DNA of 61,854 nucleotides, counting the filler. It is 9 parts of 9 records of this genome, joined end to end, with 100 filler letters (N's around TTAATTAATTAA, not from the genome) between each part and the next. Parts side by side here need not be neighbours in the genome. Positions count along the whole stretch, not along the records: positions 26,701 to 33,979 come from SRR31156797_89104; positions 34,080 to 39,295 come from SRR31156797_89125; positions 39,396 to 44,508 come from SRR31156797_89297; 6 more parts are not named here. One strand, written 5' to 3'. The notes beneath the pieces were generated by a model that was not told the origin of the DNA, ran no database searches, and saw only the letters and a list, made by a program, of their open reading frames with translations. Both the position numbers and the translations under genes were made by a program. The first letter of the stretch is position 1. The number at the start of each line of letters is the position of its first letter. Shown here piece by piece: positions 29,067-39,916 of the stretch.

Positions 29067-29879
29067 TTACTCCACTCCCTTTTCAAGTTGTCTCACCGTG
29101 AACATATTTTCCGGAAGCCCCTTGTTATAACGGATATCGCTATGAAAAAGGATTGTGCCGTGTTCTTTTTTCTTGCCCTTTCTGGTGGTCATGTGAAGCT
29201 CGACAGGGGTCCAGATCCCGTCAATCTTCTCCATTTTTTTAATATCCATGTATTTGAGCTTTGCCCCCTCCTTTACCCAGTGGACGGCCCTCACCACCAC
29301 ATGGCAGTCCTGTCTCACAAAAAGAATGGATCGGGTATAGCCAAAATCATCGATGACCTTTTGGGTTCTGGGCAGGGACTCGATCACCCAGCACCTGTTT
29401 CCCCTGACCTCCGTCTCCTTGATCAGGCGATAGTCATAATTATCAAGTTCCCTGTCCGTCATGTCCGCATAGGAATAGTCCGAGCCCATGAAACTCGAGG
29501 TCTTGTCATCCGACGCAATCCTCTTGGTTTTGTGGAGTGCCGGAAGATACAGCCACTGGTCGTCATCGTTTTTTCCGTCATAATCATAGTTCAGGAACCC
29601 CGTATCCTTTACATCCACGGGGGAGAGGAAAAAACTGAGTTTCAAGGTATCGTCTCCCCTGTCAAGGGAAAATGTCTTAAGGTTCCGGATTCTTTGCTTG
29701 CCATGTTTATCCGTCAATATCATCTTCATGGTGGATGACCTGTCGTCTCCATCGTACCTTGCATCCACCTTTTTCATGATGCTCCGGGCTTCCGGATCAT
29801 CGGCCCATGGGATTGAAACGCTCCAGGGCGCACAAAGAAAAGCTATCACGACTGAAAGGGTCAAAAATGGCTTGTTCAT
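29067..29879 (-). CDS. Outer-membrane lipoprotein-sorting (LolA-like, DUF1329-related) protein
   Basis: PVDVKDTGFL, DDQWLYLPALHKTKRIAS, SFMGSDYSYAD. Confidence 0.88.
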   Translation of the reverse strand: MNKPFLTLSVVIAFLCAPWSVSIPWADDPEARSIMKKVDARYDGDDRSSTMKMILTDKHGKQRIRNLKTFSLDRGDDTLKLSFFLSPVDVKDTGFLNYDYDGKNDDDQWLYLPALHKTKRIASDDKTSSFMGSDYSYADMTDRELDNYDYRLIKETEVRGNRCWVIESLPRTQKVIDDFGYTRSILFVRQDCHVVVRAVHWVKEGAKLKYMDIKKMEKIDGIWTPVELHMTTRKGKKKEHGTILFHSDIRYNKGLPENMFTVRQLEKGVE

Positions 29880-29890
29880 GTTGTTTCTCC

Positions 29891-32338
29891 TTATGGGATA
29901 TTCTTCTTGGCTGCAAAAGTGACGTCAGCCGTTGCAAGTCCGCCGTTGTCCCGGGACGGAACCGGGTCCGTCCTGAAAAGCAGGGTCATGATGGCGGGGG
30001 CGACAATAAAATCGGACACAAGGGCAATGATGATCGCCGCCCCGGTAAGGAACCCGAAATCGTTGAGGTGATGCATCCTTGAAAACAGATAGATGAAAAA
30101 TCCCGTTGAAAGCACGCAGGAGGTTACAAGCATGGCCCTTCCCGCCGAAAGAAAAGTCTTTTTTACCGCCATATACGGATCATCATACTCTTCATAGTAC
30201 TTGCGGAAATTGTGCATGAAGTGGATGGTGTCATCCACAGCCAGGCCGATGACGATATTTCCAACAAGCATGACAAAGAGGCTCATGGGGATATTCAACC
30301 ACCCGACGATGCCGAGGATCATCACGATGGGCAACAGGTTCGGCACCATGCTCACCAACCCCATGCGGAAATTTCCAATGAGAAAAATCATGAGGAATGT
30401 GATGGCGACCAGGGCATAGCCATAGCTTATGCCCATGCTCCGTATGCCGTGTGCAATCACCTGGGAATAGATCATCATCAACCCGGTGGTCGTTACGGAT
30501 GCATCGGGAAGCCGTTTCTGCAAAAGCCGGTTCACACGGGAGATATAGGCCTTATAGGCAACCGCGTCGTAAAAAGGCAGCTTTACCGACAGCCGGGCCT
30601 TGCTGAACATGGAATCGGTGAAATCCTCCAGGTCGTCCGATCCGCTGTTTTCAAAGAGAAGAAGCTCCTGGGACACAAGGGCCCTTGTTTGAGGAATGCT
30701 GTAGAAGGCGGTTTGGTTTTCGTTCAACGCCCTGTTTGTCTCCTTGAGGATCTCAATGATGGACCAGGCCTTGCCGGTGGCGACCTCCCCCGTGTCCAGG
30801 GATTCGATCTCTTTACTCACCGTTTCAAGATTCTTCAGGAACTCCGGATCATGGAGCCCGTTTTCCATGCCTGTGTCTATGACCACCTCCAGGGTCATGG
30901 TGCCCTTCATCACCCGGTCGAGGGTCTCCGTATCCATGCGGATTTTTTCAGTTTCAGGAAGCCATCGAAGAAGATCATGACTGAATTTTATCCTGGGAAG
31001 TCCCATGCACGCGGTCGCAAAAAGAATTGCTGAAACAATGAGCACCGTCCCCGGATGACCGGTTGACATCCTTGCAATCCGGATCAGGAAAGAATCAAGC
31101 CGGCCCTGGTTTCCCGTTTTTTTTCTCTTCTTGCCAATCCGCACAAAGGAGAGCAAAGGCGGCAGGAGAAGAAAGGTATAGAGCATGGCAAAAAACACGC
31201 CCGCCCCCGCAAAGATGCCGAGTTCGCCCACGGGGGCGACCTCCGATGTCGCAAAGGAGAAAAGTCCGGCGGCCGTGGTGACGGCGGTCATCAGCACGGG
31301 AAGACCGGAATGCCCCATGGCGTGGGCCACCGCGTCCTCCCTGGCGTTGCCGTTCCCGAGACTGTTGTAGAAAAGGGCAAGGATATGAACAGAGTACCCC
31401 ACACTTACCGCCAGAAGAAAGGACGGCAAAATCTGGGTCGGCAGCTTTATGGCCACGTCAAGCAATGCCATGGTGCCGATGGTCGAAAACAGGCTCAATG
31501 TAACGACCAGCAGAGGAATAAATACTCCAGAGGCCCGTTTGAACACAAGTACGAGACAAATTGCGACGGCAAGATATGCAAGGCGCAGAAACCGTTTTGT
31601 ATCCCCGGGCAGCATTCTTTTCAGAAAATGGTTCACCGACAGGGAACCGGAGAGATAAATCCTGAAGTCCGGGGCCTCAAATTGTTTCACCACCCTTTCC
31701 ACGGCCATTACGGCTTTGCTTTTCTCCGTCTCGGAAAGCCAGGCGGTATCTTCCGTGACATCATCAAAGCCTTCCATGACCGCCTCTTCATCAAGAGATG
31801 AGGCGTAAGGCATCAACTTGATCACGATATTTGTGGTCTTCAAATCCGATGAGATAATGAGGTTTTTGTATAATGGCGTCGACAGGACCCGTTTTCTCAA
31901 TGCATCCATCTTTTGTTGATTTTCGGGGAGATGCCCTAGCAAATCCTCCACAACAAGTTCATCCCCCTGCCCCCAGGTGCTTCTCACATTGATCAGGCTG
32001 GTTATGTCGTCCATATGGGGAACCGTCTCTTCAAGGGCGTTGTGCAGGGCTTGAAGTTTTTCAAGAAAGCCGGTTTCAAAGATATTCCCGGATTCTATTC
32101 CCACGATGATCAGATCATCATTGCCGAATTCACGCTTAAAATCGGTGTAGGCGGTCAGGGCTGCATCATCCTTGTGCAGAAACCCTTCGGTGGTGACATC
32201 CACCCTGATTTCCGGCAAGTTGGATGCAATAAGAAAAAAGAAAACCATGACAACGAACAATGTTTTAAACCGGTGCCTGAAGAGTTGCCTGGCCGTTAGT
32301 TCAAAAAAGTTTTCAAAATAATTCCGTATGGATTCCAT
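29891..32338 (-). CDS. MMPL/RND family transporter
   Basis: 815 aa, two halves with TTAAGLFSF and GLAVDDTIHF motifs. Confidence 0.9.
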   Translation of the reverse strand: MESIRNYFENFFELTARQLFRHRFKTLFVVMVFFFLIASNLPEIRVDVTTEGFLHKDDAALTAYTDFKREFGNDDLIIVGIESGNIFETGFLEKLQALHNALEETVPHMDDITSLINVRSTWGQGDELVVEDLLGHLPENQQKMDALRKRVLSTPLYKNLIISSDLKTTNIVIKLMPYASSLDEEAVMEGFDDVTEDTAWLSETEKSKAVMAVERVVKQFEAPDFRIYLSGSLSVNHFLKRMLPGDTKRFLRLAYLAVAICLVLVFKRASGVFIPLLVVTLSLFSTIGTMALLDVAIKLPTQILPSFLLAVSVGYSVHILALFYNSLGNGNAREDAVAHAMGHSGLPVLMTAVTTAAGLFSFATSEVAPVGELGIFAGAGVFFAMLYTFLLLPPLLSFVRIGKKRKKTGNQGRLDSFLIRIARMSTGHPGTVLIVSAILFATACMGLPRIKFSHDLLRWLPETEKIRMDTETLDRVMKGTMTLEVVIDTGMENGLHDPEFLKNLETVSKEIESLDTGEVATGKAWSIIEILKETNRALNENQTAFYSIPQTRALVSQELLLFENSGSDDLEDFTDSMFSKARLSVKLPFYDAVAYKAYISRVNRLLQKRLPDASVTTTGLMMIYSQVIAHGIRSMGISYGYALVAITFLMIFLIGNFRMGLVSMVPNLLPIVMILGIVGWLNIPMSLFVMLVGNIVIGLAVDDTIHFMHNFRKYYEEYDDPYMAVKKTFLSAGRAMLVTSCVLSTGFFIYLFSRMHHLNDFGFLTGAAIIIALVSDFIVAPAIMTLLFRTDPVPSRDNGGLATADVTFAAKKNIP

Positions 32339-32416
32339 GCTGATCGCGCTCCTCCATTTAAAAGAATAAAATTGGCTTACTCCCGCCGCCCCAGTATTTG
32401 ACTCCCGGGACCGGCA

Positions 32417-33175
32417 TCACGGATCCGTCAGCCCATCGGACATCTCCCGCAATGCAGGAATAAGGGACATGGCGTAGGGCATGGGCCCGGCAAAGGGCGC
32501 TGTCATCCCCTTCTCCTTTATGGCAAGCAGCCCCACCACCAGGTCTTCCAGCATCGATCCGGGAACAGCAAAAAACATCTCGGCTTCACCGGTTCCCGCA
32601 ACAATACGTTCACCACGCCCTGGAATGACAAGGCACGGCTTGCCGGTGAATCCCAGGCGGCAGGACAACCCGATGCCTGTGGAGGAGGAAACGGCATCCC
32701 CCTGTTCATGGACCAGCCCGGTGACCAGATGGCTCATCTGGGCCGGGGTACCGTAGATCCACACCACGTCCGGCTTACATGGAACTTTTCTCAAAGGATA
32801 CGCCACCACCCCCTGAAAGGCCCCCGGCGTCATGAGCGGCAGCTGTCGGGCCATGGACAGCGCCAGCTCCCGATCGGTAAGATAGCCGGCCTCCAGGGTG
32901 AACCGTGCATAGTCCTCAATTTCGGCAAGCGCCTTGAGACCGAAGGCCACGAGACAAGGGGGGCAGGAAATATCCTCGGTCTTGAGCCCGACGGCCACCC
33001 CTTCACGGCGGGCAAAGTTGGTCCACTGGCACAGGGGGGACTTCAATCCCTGATCCGAGGGACGGACAACCTTTGAAGGCCAATTTTCTCCCTCCGGCAC
33101 CAGGGAAAGCCCCAACGGTTCGGTGCCGGGTCGGACAGTATCGACAATAACATCATGTGCGTACGAGTAATTCAT
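32417..33175 (-). CDS. DUF169 family protein
   Basis: LCQW, ISCPPCLVAFGL, YPL..PDVVWIYGTPAQM; start moved to ATG 33175 behind GGAGAAGG. Confidence 0.75.
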   Translation of the reverse strand: MNYSYAHDVIVDTVRPGTEPLGLSLVPEGENWPSKVVRPSDQGLKSPLCQWTNFARREGVAVGLKTEDISCPPCLVAFGLKALAEIEDYARFTLEAGYLTDRELALSMARQLPLMTPGAFQGVVAYPLRKVPCKPDVVWIYGTPAQMSHLVTGLVHEQGDAVSSSTGIGLSCRLGFTGKPCLVIPGRGERIVAGTGEAEMFFAVPGSMLEDLVVGLLAIKEKGMTAPFAGPMPYAMSLIPALREMSDGLTDP

Positions 33176-33205
33176 AATTCCTTCTCCCAATGTTTTAATA
33201 TGGTT

Positions 33206-33979
33206 TCAATTATTTGCCGCGGCCCGGCCCGATGGTGATGATGAAAATCTGCTCCTGCCATAGGAAAGGAATACCCCTGAAATCCCCATGACAGTAAAAA
33301 TAACCAGGCTCATCCGCATGCTGTTGACAAATCCGGTTCCTGTTACCGCAGTCACCGGCTGGTTGCCAATAAAGATGGAGAGAATCACGGCGATGATCGT
33401 CATGCTTGTCATCATTCCCGTATAGCGCATGGTTGAGACAAGGGCGGATGCAAGGCCATAATGGACCGGCTGAACACTTGCCATGATGGCGGTCAGGTTC
33501 GGTGAGACAAACAGGGCGAAACCGGATCCCAGGAGAATCTGAACAAAAACGATCATGGCAAAGGAAGAGCCCCGGGATAGAAACGCGGCGACAAACAATC
33601 CCGCCGTACACACGCCCATTCCGAGGGTTGCAATATTGGCGGGGGTATGCCTGTCCGCCAATCTGCCGGCCATGGGAGAAAACACGGCCTGGATCACCGG
33701 CTGGATGATTAAAACACAACCGGTGGTTTCAGGGGAAAAACCCTTTACGATCTGAAGATAGATACTGAAAAAAAACATCACGCCGAAAGAAGCGGCATAG
33801 TTGATCCATGTGGATAAACAGTTAAATGAAAATGAGCGGTTACCAAGGAGCATATGTATATTGAGCAGGGGCGATTCCGCTTTGTATTCATATACAAGAA
33901 AAACCGTCAGTCCCACCACACCGCAAAGGGCGATCCATTTTGCTATTTCCAGTTCCTTTGCCTGGGTTGTGCCCACAAT
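33206..33979 (-). CDS. MFS transporter (DHA2-like), C-terminal part
   Basis: PLLNIHML, YLQIVKGFSP, GRLADRH, SPN motif; cut by the linker. Confidence 0.85.
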   Translation of the reverse strand: MVGTTQAKELEIAKWIALCGVVGLTVFLVYEYKAESPLLNIHMLLGNRSFSFNCLSTWINYAASFGVMFFFSIYLQIVKGFSPETTGCVLIIQPVIQAVFSPMAGRLADRHTPANIATLGMGVCTAGLFVAAFLSRGSSFAMIVFVQILLGSGFALFVSPNLTAIMASVQPVHYGLASALVSTMRYTGMMTSMTIIAVILSIFIGNQPVTAVTGTGFVNSMRMSLVIFTVMGISGVFLSYGRSRFSSSPSGRAAANN

Positions 33980-34079
33980 NNNNNNNNNNNNNNNNNNNNN
34001 NNNNNNNNNNNNNNNNNNNNNNNTTAATTAATTAANNNNNNNNNNNNNNNNNNNNNNNNNNNNNNNNNNNNNNNNNNNN
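33980..34079. other. Artificial contig linker
   Basis: N-run + TTAATTAATTAA + N-run. Confidence 0.98.
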
Positions 34080-34239
34080 AATTAATTCATACGTGTGTAT
34101 AAATAAGCCGGCGGGCAGAGCCGTCAACAGAACCTCCCGCTTTGTAATCGGAAAATGGTTGGTCGTGCCGCCGCGGGCGTTTTTTGGATATTTCCCGCAC
34201 AGAAGGCCTCTAATCGCCCCATCTGCATAAGGAATCGTC

Positions 34240-34857
34240 ATGACTTCAACAAAAGACAAAATTTTCGACGCCGCTGAACTTCTCTTTGCCGAATGCGGCA
34301 TAGACGGCGCCTCATTGCGAGCAATTACCAATAAAGCCGGAGTAAACCTTGGCAGCATTCACTATTACTTCGGCAGCAAAACAAATTTGCTTAAAGAGCT
34401 TATTAAAGCCAAGGTTGGGGAATTCAGTGAAGAAAAAATCAATGAATTAAATGAGTTTATAAAAAGCGGAGAGAGAAATTTTAAAAAACTGTGGCTCATA
34501 CACGCTCGAGGATCATTGAAAATGGGAGCAGAAAAGCCGAATATGCTGCGAATTGCCGGTCATCTCGTTTGGTCCCCAAAAAATGAATACCGGGAATTCT
34601 TGAGTACAATGGCTTCAGAATTCGAGGAAGCTTTTGTGAGGGAGGTTTTGAGTTATTTACCAAAGGATTGCATCCGGGAAGCAGAAAGACGTTGCCGTAT
34701 AATGATGTCAATGATTTTTATGACTTCCATTGACGCTTATAGATTCCATCTTACCATGCATAGACTTCGCCTCAAAATCGAGCCTGATGAATTGGCCAAT
34801 GAAATGGCTGAGATAGCATCTTCTGCAATGCAGAAATTTATGCCCGGTAATGCCTGA
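34240..34857 (+). CDS. TetR/AcrR family regulator
   Basis: TKDKIFDAAELLFAECGIDGASLRAITNKAGVNLGSIHYYFGSK HTH. Confidence 0.92.
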   Translation: MTSTKDKIFDAAELLFAECGIDGASLRAITNKAGVNLGSIHYYFGSKTNLLKELIKAKVGEFSEEKINELNEFIKSGERNFKKLWLIHARGSLKMGAEKPNMLRIAGHLVWSPKNEYREFLSTMASEFEEAFVREVLSYLPKDCIREAERRCRIMMSMIFMTSIDAYRFHLTMHRLRLKIEPDELANEMAEIASSAMQKFMPGNA

Positions 34858-34977
34858 ATAATCTAACCAACTCAAATCAGGATTGCCCGACGAAACAATC
34901 CACAGCATCTCCCGGCGCGCAATGTTGCCGTAGAAGCCGGGAAGATATGAACTCAATGCCAGGCGGGAGTTTAAGTT

Positions 34978-36069
34978 ATGAATAAAAAAAACGGTATACT
35001 AATAGTCTTGATAATATGCTTTGCCCTGATGTCTCTCACCGGTTGCGAGGAAGAGGCGGCGCAAGATAATAAAAAAGTCATTCGCCCTATAAAGGTGATG
35101 ACCATCGGCAAGAACGCCGACCAATCCACGGCCAAATATCCCGGCAAGGTAGAAGCCGGTCGCAAGGTGGACTTTTCGTTCAGGGTGCCCGGTCCTTTGG
35201 TTAAACTTCCCATCAGGCCCGGTTTGATAGTTAAACAGGGTGAAATGCTAGCTCAAATCGATCCCCGGGATTATGAGTTCGCCCTGAATAACGCCAGGGC
35301 GGCTTATAACGACGCTATGAAAAATTTTGAACGGTACCGGAAATTGATGGCCAAGGGCGCCGTATCCAAATCCGCTTACGACAGCAGCCAAAGTGCATAT
35401 TTAAGAACCAAAGCCGCCCTGGATCAGGCTAACGCCGCCCTAAAGGATACAAAAATTTATGCGCCCTTTGACGGCGTAATTGCAAAAACCTATGTGGAAA
35501 ACCATCAGGACGTTCAGGCAAAACAACCCATTGCCAGTCTTCAAAGCATGACCAACCTGGAGGTCGTGGTTCAGATTCCTGAACAGGACGTTCTCTTAAG
35601 CGGCGCCAGGGAAGAATACGAAACCAAGGTTCGACTCGAGGCGCTGCCCGGTGAGGAATTTCCGGCCAGGGTAAAGGAATTTACTACCGAAGCCGACCCG
35701 ACGACGCAGACTTTCAAGGCTACCTTTATTTTGGAGCATCACGAGAATTTTAATATTTTACCCGGTATGACCGCGGAAGTAATTCTTCGCCGGAAATTGT
35801 CCGATTCCCCAAAAGATTCAATATTAATAATTCCGGTGGAATCCGTTCTGGTTGATGAGAACAACAATCAATATATCTGGAAGCTGAAAAAGGAAAACAA
35901 CACGGTGCATCGTGTTCCCGTCAAAGTCCAGACCTTGACCGGGGATTGCATCGTGGTAACCAAGGGACTGGCCGTGGGAGACACAATTGCAGTGGCCGGG
36001 GTTCATTATCTCCATGAAGGCATGGAAGTATCAATTTTCAAAACCGAACAAGGGCGGTGCGGCCAATGA
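34978..36069 (+). CDS. RND efflux periplasmic adaptor lipoprotein (MFP)
   Basis: Lipobox LTGC, FSFRVPGPL, IYAPFDGVI, ILPGMTA. Confidence 0.93.
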   Translation: MNKKNGILIVLIICFALMSLTGCEEEAAQDNKKVIRPIKVMTIGKNADQSTAKYPGKVEAGRKVDFSFRVPGPLVKLPIRPGLIVKQGEMLAQIDPRDYEFALNNARAAYNDAMKNFERYRKLMAKGAVSKSAYDSSQSAYLRTKAALDQANAALKDTKIYAPFDGVIAKTYVENHQDVQAKQPIASLQSMTNLEVVVQIPEQDVLLSGAREEYETKVRLEALPGEEFPARVKEFTTEADPTTQTFKATFILEHHENFNILPGMTAEVILRRKLSDSPKDSILIIPVESVLVDENNNQYIWKLKKENNTVHRVPVKVQTLTGDCIVVTKGLAVGDTIAVAGVHYLHEGMEVSIFKTEQGRCGQ

Positions 36070-39000
36070 ATCCCGCTCGACTTGCTATTGAAAAAAACGT
36101 TATCACCATCGTCTTTACACTGATGATTTTAATCGGCGGCGCCGTGTCGTTCTTTCAGTTGGGACGACTGGAAGATCCTGAATTCACAATCAAAACAGCC
36201 GTGGTCACAACAATGTACCCGGGCGCCGCCGCTCACGAAGTCGAAGATGAGGTCACCGAAGTGCTGGAAACCGAAATCCAGCAATTGGCCCAACTTAAAC
36301 GCTTGCAATCAAGGTCCATGAGAGGCCTTTCCATTATTAATGTCGAAATGAAGGACGAATTCGACGGTTCCGAACTGCCCCAGGTCTGGGATGAACTGAG
36401 GCGCAAGGTCAGCGCGGCTCAGGCAAAGCTGCCGCCGGGCGCCGGTCCGTCCTCTGTTAACGATGATTACGGCGACGTATACGGAATCTTTTTCGCCGTA
36501 ACCGGAGACGGCTACTCATATGCTGAAACCAAGGAGGTTGTGGATAAAATTCGCAAGGAACTGCTTTTGGTGGAAGATGTAGCCAAAGTGGCATTTTACG
36601 GCGACCAGTCCGAATGTATTTACGTGGAAATGTCAAGCCGGCGGATGTCTCAGTTAGGTGTGTCCCCAGCACAAATATACGGCGCCCTGGCCCAAAAAAA
36701 CCTGGTTAATAATTCCGGCCGGGTCCTGGTTGGCAGCGAGTACATTCCAATTGACCTTACCGGCGATTTTAAAACGGCCGAACAGTTGGGAAGCATTCTG
36801 ATCCGGGGAGGAAAAAGCGGCGCATTGATACATCTGAGAGATGTGGCGGAAATCAAGAGAGGCTATATTGATCCGCCCAGGAACATGCTCAGGTTCAATG
36901 GGCAGCCCGCCATAGGCCTCGGCGTCTCAATCACTTCCGACGGCAACGTTGTTCGCATGGGTCGCGCTGTTAAAAAGCGTCTCAAGGAACTGGAATCGGA
37001 AATTCCAGTCGGCATCGAAATGAATGTTATTACTTTTCAATCCGACCTGGTGGAAAAGTCGGTAAACGGCTTTCTGATTAACCTTGCCGAAGCCGTAATT
37101 ATTGTAATTGTTGTTTTGATGATATTTATGGGCCTGCGCAGCGGCCTGATAATCGGCGGCGTACTGTTACTGACCATTGCAGCCGCGTTTGTGCTGATGG
37201 CCGTTCATGGCATCAACCTGCAGAGGGTTTCACTGGGCGCACTTGTTTTGGCTCTGGGCATGCTTGTGGATAACGCCATCGTTGTTACGGAAGGCATACT
37301 GGTGAGAAAAAGCCGGGGCATGGACAGTCTGGAGGCTTCGGCCCTGACCGTGAAACAGACGGCGCTGCCGCTTCTGGGCGCAACGGCCGTGGCCATACTG
37401 GCCTTTGCCGCCCTGGGACTGTCGAATAATTCCGCCGGCGAATTCTGCAACTCGCTTTTCTATGTAATGCTGTATTCCTTGCTGGCCAGTTGGGTGTTGG
37501 CTGTAACCGTCACGCCTTACATCTGTCACATTTTTCTAAAACCCAAACAACTCGAAAAGGACGCCGACCCCTACAAAGGACTCCTTTTTACAGTGTATAA
37601 GCCTGTCTTGAAATTCGCCCTCAACTACCGGCTGCTGACGGTTGTCGGCATGGGCGGGCTGCTGGTGATTTCCATTCATGGATTTGGATCCGTCAAACAG
37701 AGTTTTTTTCCTTCTTCCACCCGGCCGGCTTTCCTGGTCAATTATTGGCTGCCCCAGGGAACTCACATTGAGCGGACCGCCGAAGACTTGAAAGCAATGG
37801 AGAAGTATGTAAAAAAACTGCCCGGCGTCAAATCTGTTACCGCCTTCATCGGACAGGGCGGCTTGCGATATTACCTTGCCTTGTCCCCTGAATTTCCAAA
37901 TACTGCTTACGGCCAGCTAAAAGTAGTTGTTGATGATTACAGAAAGATTGATGAACTGATAAAACTGGTTCAAAAAGAGGCTTCCCGCAAATACCCGGAC
38001 GCCCTTTGCTTCACCCAAAAATTTGAATTCGGGCCCGGGGCCTCGGGCAAAATCAGGGCCAGGTTCACCGGGCCGGATTCGAATGTCCTGCGGTCGCTGG
38101 CCGGCAAGGCCAAGATGATTATGAGAGAAAATCCAAACGCCCGCGACATCCGGCACGACTGGCGGCAACGGGTGAAGGTGATCAGACCGGTGCTGGCCGA
38201 AGCACAGGCTGAAAGAAACGGTCTTGGACCCATGGAGGTGGCGGAGGCGATTAATGAGTCTTTTTCCGGTCGATCCATCGGAGTTTTTCGCCATGGCGAC
38301 GATCTGCTGCCAATCATCGCGCGTCCTCCTCAAAACGAACGTTCCAGTGTGGACGCCCTGGCCGGTCGGCAGATCTGGAGCCCCCTGGCGGGACGAATGA
38401 TTCCACTGGGCCAGGTAGTGTCTCATTATGAAACTGACTGGGAAGACGATATCATCAGGCGCAGAAATCGTAAGCGCACCATCGAGGCGATTTGCGATCC
38501 CATTTCCGGTACGGCCAGTGAATTACTGGCCGAAGTGAGGCCCAGAATAGAAGCCATCGAGCTTCCGCCCGGATATGAACTGGAATGGGGCGGCGAATAC
38601 GAAGACTCAAAAGACGCCAACGAAAGCATTTTCGCCGGCCTTCCGGTGACAATGATCCTTATTGTTATGGTCGTTATCGCCCTGTTTAACGCAATCCGGC
38701 AGCCGCTGATAATATTCCTGAGCCTTCCCTTGATGGTGATCGGCGTAACCGGAGGCTTACTGGCGACAGGTTTGCCAATGGGCTTCATGGCCGTGTTGGG
38801 ATTTATCAGTCTGACCGGCATGCTCATCAAGAATGCAGTGGTCCTGATCGACCAGATTGACCTTGATATCCGTGAAGGCAAACCCAAAGCCGAGGCTATC
38901 CGGGATGCATCCATCAGCCGCGTCCGTCCGGTGCTCATGGCGGCCGTCACAACGGTCCTGGGAATGATGCCCCTGCTGCAGGACGCCTTTTACAGCAGTA

Positions 39001-39107
39001 TGGCCGTCACTATCATGGGAGGCCTGACTTTTGGAACCATACTCACATTGATATTCATTCCCGTGCTGTACTCCCTGTTCTTCAGGGCGGGGAAAACAGC
39101 CGATTGA
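36066..39107 (+). CDS. RND efflux permease (same subfamily as 4257-7298)
   Basis: MNPA start overlapping the MFP stop (ATGA); GRLEDPEF, GMLVDNAIVV, GMLIKNAVVL, SRVRPV. Confidence 0.95.
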   Translation: MNPARLAIEKNVITIVFTLMILIGGAVSFFQLGRLEDPEFTIKTAVVTTMYPGAAAHEVEDEVTEVLETEIQQLAQLKRLQSRSMRGLSIINVEMKDEFDGSELPQVWDELRRKVSAAQAKLPPGAGPSSVNDDYGDVYGIFFAVTGDGYSYAETKEVVDKIRKELLLVEDVAKVAFYGDQSECIYVEMSSRRMSQLGVSPAQIYGALAQKNLVNNSGRVLVGSEYIPIDLTGDFKTAEQLGSILIRGGKSGALIHLRDVAEIKRGYIDPPRNMLRFNGQPAIGLGVSITSDGNVVRMGRAVKKRLKELESEIPVGIEMNVITFQSDLVEKSVNGFLINLAEAVIIVIVVLMIFMGLRSGLIIGGVLLLTIAAAFVLMAVHGINLQRVSLGALVLALGMLVDNAIVVTEGILVRKSRGMDSLEASALTVKQTALPLLGATAVAILAFAALGLSNNSAGEFCNSLFYVMLYSLLASWVLAVTVTPYICHIFLKPKQLEKDADPYKGLLFTVYKPVLKFALNYRLLTVVGMGGLLVISIHGFGSVKQSFFPSSTRPAFLVNYWLPQGTHIERTAEDLKAMEKYVKKLPGVKSVTAFIGQGGLRYYLALSPEFPNTAYGQLKVVVDDYRKIDELIKLVQKEASRKYPDALCFTQKFEFGPGASGKIRARFTGPDSNVLRSLAGKAKMIMRENPNARDIRHDWRQRVKVIRPVLAEAQAERNGLGPMEVAEAINESFSGRSIGVFRHGDDLLPIIARPPQNERSSVDALAGRQIWSPLAGRMIPLGQVVSHYETDWEDDIIRRRNRKRTIEAICDPISGTASELLAEVRPRIEAIELPPGYELEWGGEYEDSKDANESIFAGLPVTMILIVMVVIALFNAIRQPLIIFLSLPLMVIGVTGGLLATGLPMGFMAVLGFISLTGMLIKNAVVLIDQIDLDIREGKPKAEAIRDASISRVRPVLMAAVTTVLGMMPLLQDAFYSSMAVTIMGGLTFGTILTLIFIPVLYSLFFRAGKTAD

Positions 39108-39252
39108 TGTCAACGGCGCCCGACCCGGTGCAGGTTCTCGGCGGCGTAATTTGGCCCGGTCAGGATAAACATTTGCAGGTGCGCGCCGCACCTGTACAAA
39201 TGGAACAAGCTGTTCATATTAGTTTGAAACAGGTGATGTATCAGGAAATATC

Positions 39253-39282
39253 GTAGGTTGGGTTTGCGAAGCGTAACCCAAC
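39253..39282 (+). repeat. GTAG-type REP element
   Basis: GTAG + GTTGGGTT-TGCGAAGCGT-AACCCAAC palindrome near the contig end. Confidence 0.65.
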
Positions 39283-39295
39283 AATTTCAAGGTGT

Positions 39296-39395
39296 NNNNN
39301 NNNNNNNNNNNNNNNNNNNNNNNNNNNNNNNNNNNNNNNTTAATTAATTAANNNNNNNNNNNNNNNNNNNNNNNNNNNNNNNNNNNNNNNNNNNN
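39296..39395. other. Artificial contig linker
   Basis: N-run + TTAATTAATTAA + N-run. Confidence 0.98.
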
Positions 39396-39823
39396 CCTTT
39401 CAGAGAAACCGAAGGCATGAAGTAATGATATCCTCCGGAAGCTTCGGAGTATCCGAAGCCGTCGTATTCGACGATATCTGCATCGGGCCATTGGTAGAGC
39501 CAGCCGGCCCCGATACCCGCCTGGAAATAGACCGGTGAAAGCCTCATCGTCCTGACCGCAAGCTCCGGGGTCAGGAAGAGATTGAGTGAGTAATCGGGGT
39601 GGTTGTAGAAACCGGCAACTCCCCGGAGGAGAAGGGCTTCGTGTTCACCTGAGAGGAATTCCCATTCAGCGAAAACCGAAAACCCGGGATGTGCGATCAT
39701 CTCTCCGAAATATCCTATACCCACGGAGAGTCCCTTACCGAAGAGGGGCACCGACGGGATAAAGCTGCAGATCAGAAATGAAAAGACTATGATTTTTTTT
39801 CCCATGAAATCAATATACATCAC
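39396..39823 (-). CDS. Hypothetical secreted beta-strand-rich protein (truncated)
   Basis: Signal-like N-terminus, alternating aromatic beta pattern, YFGEMIAHPG. Confidence 0.55.
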
Positions 39824-39852
39824 TGCCGGGACAATATTATTAGCTTTCGATT

Positions 39853-39888
39853 AAAAACCCGAACCGCTTCCAGGGAAACGATTCGGGT
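39853..39888 (-). terminator. Terminator after tctA
   Basis: AAAAACCCGAA...TTCGGGT stem, U-tract on the minus strand. Confidence 0.6.
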
Positions 39889-39916
39889 GAATTCAAAGGA
39901 GGATGGAAGTCAAAGA

